Position numbers and translations under genes: made by a program. This document shows positions 27,551 to 38,311 of a DNA stretch of 64,000 nt, piece after piece. The notes under the pieces are model-generated. The model was not told the origin of the DNA, ran no database searches, and saw only the letters and a list, made by a program, of their open reading frames with translations. This stretch comes from Phoronis australis (Eukaryota; Animalia; Phoronida): assembly GCA_002633005.1 (NCBI GenBank), contig NMRA01000546.1, positions 219,344 to 283,343 on the forward strand, read 5' to 3'. Numbering within the stretch: the stretch's first letter is position 1; every line of letters starts with the position of its first letter.

Positions 27551-27667
27551 ATCCAAAAGCAAGTGCTCCGAAAACTCATTACGAGGTCGACATTTTTCAA
27601 AAGCATGACCACCTTTCCGAGAAGCCAGTAAACCGGCCACGTTCGCCTGTAGATGAAAGGGAGAATG
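27551..27667 (+). CDS. Linker exon preceding ZU5 (phase 1 to 1) PKASAPKTHYEVDIFQKHDHLSEKPVNRPRSPVDEREN
   Basis: Acceptor tttcag, donor g|gtgcgt, 117 nt open and conserved in copy 31030-31146; phase fits the ZU5 exon. Confidence 0.7.
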
Positions 27668-27991
27668 GTGCGTATTGTTATCTTTAGTGTAGTAGCTACA
27701 CTGAAACTTGTACTTTCATAAAGTATTAATTACTCAAACATTTGAGAGTGCGCTGACGCGTACATTACGAGAACTATTTCTGTCAAGTTTCGTTAAAGCT
27801 CCAACGTATGATAAAGGTTGTTATTGAAAGAGCAGATACATATAAATTACTTATGCAAATGTTGAGAACCCCTATTTGAAGATGGAAGTGATCGCTATTA
27901 AAATCACTATTAAGACACAGAACAGTGTTTTAGTGGACTGTCGCTTCAATTCTTCCCAAAATTTGATAAATGTCACATTTTATCCCTATAG

Positions 27992-28799
27992 CGATTATAA
28001 ATGGAACGACTGGTGGTGTTATTCGCTGGAAAGAGGTTGAATTTAGAGTACCTTCAAATGCAATATGTGGACACATACACGTTGAAATAGTAGATCAGCC
28101 GTTATTGGTGCAAGCAGTGATTGACAACACGAACGGCAGGGCTACACTCCATCGTCAGAGAATATGCGTGACTTGTGCGGATGAAGATGTGATATTCTCA
28201 GAGCCAGTCGAAGTGCGAGTGACTGTTAGAACAATGTTGGAAGGACTATATCTCCAACAACTAGACAGAGAAGGCTTTTGCATATTGCGTGAAAAGAATG
28301 GTGAAGTAACGGATGTTACTGAAGAGTGCAATGTCACGGTACAAGGAGAAGAAATATTTTTCTACTGCAAAACATTTTCGATTTTTCGTACTGCATGGGT
28401 GGGCGCTGCCAAACTTCTAAGGCCCATCAAAAATATTATATTTACGTCGTACTCGTGTAAGTTATGCCCGTACATAGAAGGTGAACCTCATGGAGGGTTG
28501 ACAGTTATGGTATTTTGCCATGGCATCGATGTCACCTGTTCTGCTAACCTTCAACATGAATGCATACGTGAAAGCTGGTGCTTGACAGATAAAACTTCAC
28601 TCATCTTTGAAGTTGAGTGCCTGGGCGCTAAGAGTAACAAAATGGAACTGATCTCGCATGAGTTTGAGCTTGACAGAGACTGTTGTGAAAGCACTGGTAC
28701 ATCATTTGGAGAATCTAAGCCGGGCGTTAAACCTCTTGTAGCTGACAAGGTTAATGTGAAGCTGAGGGTATCAAACTATCCGAAACCACTGCTAGACAG
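27992..28799 (+). CDS. ZU5-UPA (FIIND-like) exon, copy A, cut by the assembly gap at 28800
   Basis: Acceptor tttatccctatag. ZU5 motifs: GG.I....V.F.VP.NA, FSEPVEV and terminal TFS, followed by a beta-rich UPA-like start (LCPY...LTVMVFC..ID). Confidence 0.75.
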
Positions 28800-29143
28800 N
28801 ATTCGTGGAGCTCCTACTTTTCCTTATTTTGTCAATTTTTAAAACAATTTCTACTTCCTATACTAGTTCTTTAGATACTTACCTTTTGAAAATGGTATGG
28901 GAAAATATTCATTCTTTTTTAATTTTCCTCAATTTCTTCATTTCTGACTCCCTAATTGCGCTCCATAACCGGAAATCATAACCTGTGCAAAATATAACAT
29001 ATCATTTAAGCTCGATTTTTGGTTCACTTAAATTTCACCAATTATTCACATGAATACCAAATTGTCTTCACAGACAAATCAGGCGTTTCAACACCTATGC
29101 GTTTTGGAATGGTGACAGATTTATTTTTCTTTTGTTTATATTT

Positions 29144-30282
29144 CATGACCAGCAATTCGTAAACTAGGTCATCCGCCAGGTTCTCTGCGTAAACTAGGTC
29201 ATCGCTTATGGACCAGTTAGCGCTGCATTCTCCGCGTGTCCGAGTACTGGCGAGAAGCACCAGGAATGTTGTTCTACATTTTGTGGCCCAAAATTACCAA
29301 AGTTCAAATATATTCCGTTAAAAAGGAAAGACAAAACATATTAGTTCAGATGTCTGACCAATATATCATGAGTCACCACTCGTAAGCAAATCAAAGCTGT
29401 CCTTACTCGTTGCTTTATCTCGCACTACCTCAATGGACTAGTTTTCAGTTCGCAATGCAACTGTACAATTCTCATAAATTCAACTTGTAATGACCCCTTT
29501 CTATGCCCAAAGTACCCGGAAACAAATTATTGTTAGGTACAACGAGTTTTTTTTTTCTCTGAAGTGGATCGTAAACACCTCAAGTGAGTTTTCCGCTCAT
29601 CTATTAGCTACTTTGGTTTAGAGCTGAATTCAGTTTGGCTCCCATACTATGGGCCGGGCCAGGCCGGTCAAGGGCCAACCCCTGTTGTACGCACTACTTA
29701 GAACATGGGATTCAAACTGTTATATATAGAGAAAACGTTTATTAGTATACTGGTGTGAATATTATCAGTGATTTAACCAAAAACTTCGAACTAACTAGAC
29801 CCACTAATCATAGTCTATGATGATCAACTGATACCAAAAGGCCAAAATTGGCAATTTTCGGCCACCCCATGTTAAATACAAAATTTTGTCTAATTTTCTT
29901 CAAACTCCTACATTTCAATCTTGATTATACTGACATCTGTTGGGTCTATCGGCAACTAACCGCGCATGAAAGGCTTGGTCAAAAATTATCGTTTTCTCAC
30001 GTGCACTTTGGGTTTTTAGCGGCAATTCCACTGATCGAAGCGACAAAATAAGCCAAAACTTTGACCATATTATGTTAAGCATAATTTTTTTTCCAATTTT
30101 GCTGAAACTTGGCCACATTTTTAACAAAATACTTATCTATGTTATGTGCTATCGGCAAATGTGCTTCTTTCATAAATAAAACCCTCACGCTGTGTTTTCT
30201 GCGAACCCCATGTATCCTGAAGGGGGCTAACCGAGTGATTTTCGCGCATGCGCAGTTCACGGTTTCAATATTGCTGGTAATG
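29144..30282. mobile_element. Non-autonomous TIR DNA transposon present only in the second copy of the duplicated segment
   Basis: 13-bp TIR: left CATGACCAGCAAT, right ATTGCTGGTAATG (1 mismatch). The empty site is visible at about 26765 (ttgtattttaagc). Confidence 0.8.
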
Positions 30283-31029
30283 TTAAGCAAAAACGATTAA
30301 CTGTTCTCAAATATTTTACATTTTTCAAATATCCAAAAACTATGAAGCCAGCTCTTCATACCAATTCCTAAAATTATGCAGAACATCGATTTATCCATCC
30401 GCTGTCAAAGGTTCTACTTGAAATCTGTCTGTAATATGTATGAGGGTTTTTTGACTTTAGTACAACCTTAACTTTCCTCAACCCAAAGCATTCCGATGCA
30501 ATTCATCGAACAACCAGTAGTTTTAGGAAACATCATCCGTAACCAATAGTGTACAAAAGGTGCGAATCGTTACCTTCTGGTGTACTAATTTCATCAGTTA
30601 CTGACGAGAACAAGATGCATGTATGCATGTTCTAGGACTATCGTACGACCTAAAATACAAGTCCTGAGTAATGTTTCATGATCTCTATTGAATCGAACGT
30701 CACTTGCAAGAACTTTTTAAGAATCTCGTCAGAGTCGGTGCTCTCTCTTTAAATTTCTGCGAACTCATGACACTTGATGTAAAACCAGAGTTTGTTTAGA
30801 ACAAACTAATTGCTATGAAACACTTTGCAACTATAAAATGTATATGTATAAATCAAAACTGTTAAATCAACCAGACTGTTTGTCTGTCTGACGTAGGATT
30901 CTGTCCTCAGACTACCGTGGAGCCAAATAAGGTCAATTACACTGTACCTCAAAAATCTTGTTTCAAAACATTTGACACGACCTCATGGTAATTTTACCTG
31001 TGTAACCTAATCAAATTAATCAGTTTCAG

Positions 31030-31146
31030 TTCCAAAAGCACGTGCTCCGAAAACTCATTACGAGGTCGACATTTTTCAAAAGCATGACGACCTGTCCGAG
31101 AAGCCAGTAAATCGGCCACGTTCGCCTGTAGATGAAAGGGAGAATG
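31030..31146 (+). CDS. Linker exon preceding ZU5, copy B
   Basis: Same splice sites, length and frame as 27551-27667. Confidence 0.7.
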
Positions 31147-31470
31147 GTGCGTATTGTTATCTTTAATGTAGTAGCTACACTGAAACATGTACTTTCATAA
31201 AGTATTAATTACTCAAACATTTGAGAGTGCGCTGACGCGTACATTACGAGAACTATTTCTGTCAAGTTTCGTTAAAGCTCCAACGTATGATAAAGGTTGT
31301 TATTGAAAGAGCAGATACATATAAATTACTTATGCAAATGTTGAGAACCCTTATTTGAAGATGGAAGTGATCGCTATTAAAATCACTATTAAGACACAAA
31401 ACAGTGTTTTAGTGGACTGTCGCTTCAATTCTTCCCAAAATTTGATAAATGTCACATTTTATCCCTATAG

Positions 31471-32300
31471 CGATTATAAATGGAACGACTGGTGGTGTTA
31501 TTCGCTGGAAAGAGGTTGAATTTAGAGTACCTTCAAATGCAGTATGTGGACACATACACGTTGAAATAGTAGATCAGCCGTTATTGGTGCAAGCAGTGAT
31601 TGACAACACGAACGGCAGGGCTACACTCCATCGTCAGAGAATATGCGTGACTTGTGCGGATGAAGATGTGATATTCTCAGAGCCAGTCGAAGTGCGAGTG
31701 ACTGTTAGAACAATGTTGGAAGGACTATATCTCCAACAACTAGACAGAGAAGGCTTTCGCATATTGCGTGAAAAGAATGGTGAAGTAACCGATGTTAGTG
31801 AAGAGTGCAATGTCAGGGTACATGGTGACGAAATATTCTTCTGCTGCAAAACATTTTCGATTCTTCATACTGCGTGGGTGGGCGCTGCCAAACTTCTCAG
31901 ACCCTTAAAAAATATTATATTTACGTCGTACACGTGCAAGTTATGCCCGTACATAGAAGGTGAACCTCATGGAGGGTTGACAATTATGGTATTTTGCCAT
32001 GGCATAGATGTCACCTGTTCAGGTGACCTTCAACACCAATGTATAAGTAAAAACATGTGCTTGACAAATAAAACCACACTCATCTTTGAAGTTGAGTGCC
32101 TGGGCGCTAACAGTAACGAAATGGAACTAATATCGCATGAGTTTGAGCTTGACAGGGACTGTTGTGAAAGTACTGGTACATCATTTGGAGAATCTAAGCC
32201 TGGAGTTAAACCACTTGTAGCTGACAAGGTTAATGTGAAGCTGAGGGTATCAAACTATCCGAAACCACTGCTAGACAGGCCTGAGAAGGTTCATGTACAT
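31471..32300 (+). CDS. ZU5-UPA (FIIND-like) exon, copy B, complete (830 nt, phase 1 to 0)
   Basis: Acceptor tttatccctatag, consensus donor cat|gtaagt, open 276 codons; motifs as in copy A. Confidence 0.8.
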
Positions 32301-33688
32301 GTAAGTACTTGTTTTACGTGTCGGGGTGTCAATATGGTCGTGCACGTGTCTGTGAGGTTGCACGTGGCATGTGGTGTATTTAGACTGCACCGTGAATCCG
32401 CGTATCTGTTACATTGCTCGGAAGAAGTTAAAATGGCGAAGGGGAAAGGAGAAATGGATATCCATTTAAGCGTGTTTGCTGATCCATAATCAATGTTTTG
32501 GATCATCTGCGATTCATAAAGGTTATGAGACCTGTTCTAAGAAAATTGACATGGATAAAACACATCTTAAGCTAAGTTCATTCCAAGATTTAACTTAAAT
32601 TTGTTTCAAGAAGTAGGATACAAATTTGACTAAAATTTTTGACTTACCTTTTGTCTTAAATTTACTAACTTGAAGGATGTGAAACCTACATAGTTGGAAG
32701 TTAAGACAAATCTTAAAGAAAATTCCAAAACTAAATTAACAGCCCACACCAAATCAACGCTCTTTAAAATATCACGTTAGTGTGTGCATTATGTTTTTCT
32801 TTATTTAGACAATATAGTCGGTGTAACATGACGTTTTGACTCCATGGGAAACATACCTGGGGTCACGTTCAAAGCTGAAAAACTGTTTGGTTATTTTCAT
32901 CAAGATTGTGACACATTGGCTTAGTGGTTTGAACTTTGGACTCCTGTTTGTGGGACCAGGTTTCGAGCCCTCGACTGACAATCGAGTCTTGCACAAAGGT
33001 GTCATCTACTCCTCTGTGCTCCGTCTTACAAGTGATTGTACAAGTATGCAAGGTAGTGAATGAGAAGTGAATGAAAACCTGGATTCAACGAGAAGGCAAT
33101 TCCGGGGGTGTCCTAAAAACGATCAAATTGAAGCTCCTCGCGTGATTAAATGGAATTTCCTTAAATTTTTACCCTGGGTTTCATATTTAATGGAATCTTA
33201 TTCTGAGCGGCGAAACATTGGCGAGTAACATGACGAAATGAGGAGGTTAGACAGGAAACAACTTCCTATACGACCACCACACCGGCACGGAATTGGCAGG
33301 TTGGAAACCGAGAGTTTTTGGATTGCGATACTAGGGCCCATTGCACTTTTCAGCCAAATTGCTCCACCATCGTTGCTGTGGGCCTCTTTTGTTCGAACAG
33401 CTTTTAGCTCGCGGTTTCTTGGTATTTCTTGCTCTACAGTAGATATAGTGATCAAACGTGGTGTGAAATGCGGTGAATTTATGAAATAAACGGGTCAATT
33501 GCGATTGAAATGTAACAAAACTAGATAAATAATTTAGGGGGAATTACTGTCTGACTTTGGCATTTGCAGTAGCGACTTCGAGCCCATTTGAAATTTTTCC
33601 AAGGTGGCCCTATAGAAAGCTTCTAGAATGTCTTCCAAAGTTAGCTCATTTTCATCTCTGCTCCTGGCCTTCTGCAACTGTTTCACAG

Positions 33689-33761
33689 ATAAAAGTTTTA
33701 CTTAGAATTTGAAGGAAACAAATGACAAGATAGGCAGAAAACACGTTATTGCAAGACTATA
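33689..33761 (+). CDS. Candidate exon after ZU5-UPA with two possible acceptors (exon start 33689 or 33706); copies at 1301-1372 and 34214-34286
   Basis: tttcacag|ATAAAA gives IKVLLRI-stop. ttttacttag|AAT gives NLKETNDKIGRKHVIARL, ending at the phase-2 donor ta|gtaagg, which fits exon 1833. Confidence 0.4.
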
Positions 33762-36170
33762 GTAAGGATTGTTATAAAACCATGCATAGGTGGACTCGTA
33801 TAGAAGGAAGTGACACTGCAANACCACCGCACGGAATCGGCGGGTTGGAAACCGAGAGTTTTTGAATTGCGATACTAGGGCCCATTGCACTTTTCAGCCA
33901 AATTGCTCCACCATCGTTGCTGTCGGCCTTTTTTGTTCGAACAGCTTTTCGCACGCGGTTTCTTGGTATTTCTTGCTCTATAGTAGATGTAGTGATCAAA
34001 CGTGGTGTGAAATGCGGTGAATTTATGAAATAAACGGGTCAATTGCGATTGAAATGTAACAAAACTAGATAAATAATTTAGGGGGAATTACTGTCTGACT
34101 TTGGCATTTGCAGTAGCGACTTCGAGCCCATTTGAAATTTTCCAAGGTGGCCCTATAGGAAGCTTCTACAATGTCTACATCTCAGCTCCTGGCCTTCTGC
34201 AACTGTTTCACAGATAAAAGTTTTACTTAGAATTTGAAGGAAACAAATGACAAGATAGGAAGAAAACACGTTATTGCAAGACTATAGTAAGGATTGTTAT
34301 AAAACCATGCATAGGTGGACTCGTATAGAAGGAAGTGACACTGCAATGGATCAGCAGCAAATCGATCTGTGTTTGACTTGACACACTCAATGTTTTAAGG
34401 ACCATGCCAAATGTGGTAAACAAGCTTCTAAACTAAAAGTAACTTAAGCTTTTTGAAAGAGGTTTTCACATATTGTGATTCGCTGCTGAGCTTCAATCAA
34501 ATTATAATTCATCAAAACTTGCAATAGGCCGATGTTAATGAAAAGATGGAATGGCAAAGGCATCAGATTTGTCTACGACGTACACTGTAGTTGTCAGTAA
34601 TGCTAAATTTGTGGTGGCGGCGGCAAAGTATTTAGGGCCTTACCTCGCTTAGGTTTGCTTCTGATCTACGCTTTTTCCAAAACCTTAATTCCGCAGCCAT
34701 GTGCCGATGACCGAGCCAAGTGACAGTATAAAGTACTGGAAAAAGTATGTCGGCGTAAATTTATTTAGACTGGTGAGAAATGCAGTATTGGCTATGACCC
34801 ATTTCTGGTATGAAGGTACACAGCTTAAAGACTCAAGTTTATACATTGTAAATATTGAGAATTCACTAAGCTTTTCCTTATTACAAGCTCTGCCAATGTT
34901 TTTCACCAATAATTTTCTAGCCACTTGATTATTCGAAACTCGTAGTACTTTGGACGAAACTGTTTTTTGTTCTTAAAAACATCCAGGGACACAAGGGGTA
35001 ACTCCGCCGGCACCTGGCATTACTTAACTCTTACAAAAAACCATTAACGTCCGGAACAGTGCAAAGTGGTTAGTAGGGTGTGTCCTCGGATACAGTGTGT
35101 CACCAGAGGGCGTGGTATTCAAAGGTTTCGACTTAAATCTCATTAGATATGGCGCCTGCGTAGTACTTACAAAGCATTAGACAACTGTTACTCACTAAAA
35201 GGATCATTTCAAAATATAAATAAACACTAAATTCAGTTACTTTTGAGTATATTTGACTGAAATAAAACGGAAATGTATTGTTAAAATTTAAACGTCGCAG
35301 TATCCAGCGTGTATATTTTGTGGCNGCACTAACCTCTTCAACTTCCCCAAACTAAAATCCTTCCCTTCCTGTACTCCACCATCCCCTGGTTTACGGACGC
35401 CCTCAATTTTTGTATCCACCACTAACAGCCACGATAGGAGGGCTGCAAATTCCGGGGATGTAACCATCATGGATTTGAGTAACTGTGAACCAACAAAGCT
35501 TCACGAAGAGTTAGAATAGGCCAGAGTACTGACGGATAGCAGCACGAGAGCTGCCTCAAGTGTGCCTGTGTGAAATTGTACGAATTGCATGAATTAGGCA
35601 AGGCGTTAGTTTGCTCAGCTATGATTAACTTGAAACAAAAAGCTGAGATCGCACCTATAAATCTGCGTTACTTTTACAGTCAATATTCATAATTATACAT
35701 GTTGGGAAAAGTTCATTTAATAAGGGTCATTCTTTGAAGATAGTTTTGACTGGGCGACGTCTCAAGATCCCTGCTTTAGTGCTCTTTGCGTTGTTTCAAT
35801 ATTATCTTGTTGAAACACTGGTAGTCCGGTTTTTTGGGGGGTGAGTAAAATGATATGCAGGGTGTCCCAAATGTAGACACTTCCACTGTCTTTGGGAGTT
35901 GAAATTCAGTGCCCGTGGATCACTGAGATTTTCGGCTTGCTCTCCTGCATGGTTACTCTTCATTTTAAATGTCAGTGTGTGAGGCCGCAGGGGAATGGCA
36001 AACGTATGAGGAACAAAAACACTACTCTAAACAAAAAACTTCAAGGAAGTAAAAAGAAAATAAAATCATTCCAATATTTAATAAACGATACGATGCGTTT
36101 AATTGGATTTATTCAAGGGCTTAAAGTTGTTTTGATCTCATGTTTGTAAATTTAAGCCTCTAAAATTGTT

Positions 36171-36724
36171 CGTGACAGTGATTAATGCAGGCTGTAATAT
36201 TCCAGAAACTAGTAAATGTATACTTGTAGCATGATTGGGTAGATTCCAGAAAGTTCTGGCATGTGCTTGAATTGATGAAAAGTTCTAGTTCAATGCATTA
36301 GGCTACACAAGTTTGTATTTGTCAGATCAAGTCAGCAGTTCAAGTCAGATAATCAGAAGAAAAGCAGTTAGAGTTGTAGTTGAGTTGCACTCACAAGAAT
36401 CAGCAGTTACAGCGATAGTCAATAGAAAGCCAGCTGTAGAGACAGCAGTTTATTGAATCGACGTGTGTAACAGTTGCTGAAAGTTTCTCAGAAGTTCATC
36501 ACAAGTCAAAGCTTTGCAGCACCGTCTGGAGTTTGGAACAGTCATTACGTCGGACGTTTTGTCTGAGTAGGCTTGTGATCATACGGTCGTGATTAATAAA
36601 AGATTAACTCAAACTAGTCTTCAGTCTATCGTCGCACCGAAAGCTACTTACACTAGTTAGCAACAACCTGCAACCACCTACTCGCGGTGCAAAACGTGAC
36701 GGAATTGCAACATTTTGTGTCACT
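36171..36724 (+). mobile_element. Probable solo LTR
   Basis: Inverted ends gtgaca / tgtcac, internal AATAAA (about 36595) and a perfect heat-shock element. Terminal TG..CA and the TSD are imperfect. Confidence 0.45.
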
Positions 36725-37410
36725 TTTTAGAACTGTCCGACTATTATATGCATTAGTATCATTGAGACGTATTTCAGATAAGCAAAATTCGTTTAGTGTC
36801 GTTTGCTATTTGTTTTTCGTTGATGGATCGAATTTTCCCAATGTCAGCCTGTAACTAAGTTCACTGAAGCTTCGTCATTTCGTCTGTCATTCAGTCAATT
36901 TCCATTGATGCATAACCAAGTAAATTAGAATCCAACAAAGTCATTGCAAACCAAATTAACAATTCCCAAAATATGCTTGAAACTCTTAATAGACAGTTGT
37001 GGAGAACATTGAGACGGGGCATTCCTTCGGGTTTGGGGGTTCCCCCACGACATTACACGAACTTATTCGTGTTAAGAATTTTTTCTTATTTGTTTTGGAG
37101 ATATCTATTACGGTTCACGTCTTAAACTCGAACACAAAAGTTCAACTCTTTAATCTGCATTAATGGTTGCGAGTACTTTTGGAACCCCAAAGGACATGTA
37201 GAGATTCATCCGATGTCGTACACCCAACACTCCTTTTGACATGTGCGAGTAATTTCCTTACAAAGAACTCCGAGAGAGTAACGGTCTTCCGTAGAAATAA
37301 TACTCTTGTTATGGTGTGGGGAAAAGTAACATTATTCTAAAAAACAATTAGTTCTCTTGTGTACTTTTGCAATAGTGGTGTTCACACTTTTAAACCTCCT
37401 CCACTTTCGA

Positions 37411-38210
37411 TGACGGCCATAATACAGAACATTATGTGGATGACATTCTGTGCCATAATAAGACCTGGACTGAACAGCTTGCCACCTTGCGAGACACCTT
37501 CCAACGTGTGCGAGAGGCTGAATTAACGATTCGACCTACCAAGTGTTCGTTGGACATGTGGTCGGTGAAGGGCACCTGGCAATGGATGAAGAAAAGTTAA
37601 GGCGATATGCACCACGACCCAGAACGAAGAAACAAGTTCGTTGTTTTCTTGGGTTGGCTGGATACTACAGGAAGTTCATTCCAAACTTTGCTGAAATCGC
37701 CGTCCCGCTTACTAAGCTCACGAAGAAGAAACAGCCTTACACCGTGCAATGGGAAGAAGCTTAGCAGCATGCATTCGACACTCTTCGAGACCTGCTGACG
37801 AGAGCACCCATACTGAGATTATACCTTATTTCAGTAAACCTTTCATTGTTCAGACTGATGCGTCAGATACGGGTATAGGCTGTATTTTGTTGCAGGAGTA
37901 TGATGATGTCAGGTTCGTAGTAGCATTTGCTAGTAAGAAATTGTTACCTCGGGAACGGTATTACACTTTCATAGAGAGGGAATGTTTGACTATTGTATTT
38001 GCTATCAGAAAATTTGCGAAGTACTTGTATGGTAAAGAATTTATCATTCATATTGACCATCAACCCCTGGCTTACATTCAAAAAAGTGAGTTAGTCAATG
38101 GACGCATCAGGAGGTGGGCCTTGTTTTTGCAAAACTATCGATTTAAGGTTCAGGCTATCAAAGGCTCAGAAAATGTTGTTGCCGATTACCTGAGTAGGTT
38201 AGAGTATTGA
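37411..38210 (+). pseudogene. Ty3/Gypsy pol fragment: RT C-terminus and RNase H, degenerate
   Basis: YVDDIL at 37433, FLGLAGYYRKFIPNFA, TDASDTGIG, IERECL, DHQPL, ADYLSR. Contains frameshifts and an in-frame stop at about 37762. Confidence 0.95.
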
Positions 38211-38311
38211 AGATTCATGAAAATTGGGTAATAGATCTAATTGTTAATCAATATTTAAGCCTTCCATGGTGAGAAAACCTTCAGAAGTATTTTCTTGAGG
38301 AGGGGCTTATT

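Noticed and set aside
28800-28842. C-terminus XIRGAPTFPYFVNF of the 290-aa ORF
   Set aside because: Artefact of reading across the N join into duplicated intron sequence.
31449-32489. 346-aa ORF as a single-exon gene starting at MSHF
   Set aside because: The ATG lies in the polypyrimidine tract before a good acceptor (31470), and a consensus GTAAGT donor follows 32300. It is better explained as an internal exon, though read-through cannot be fully excluded.
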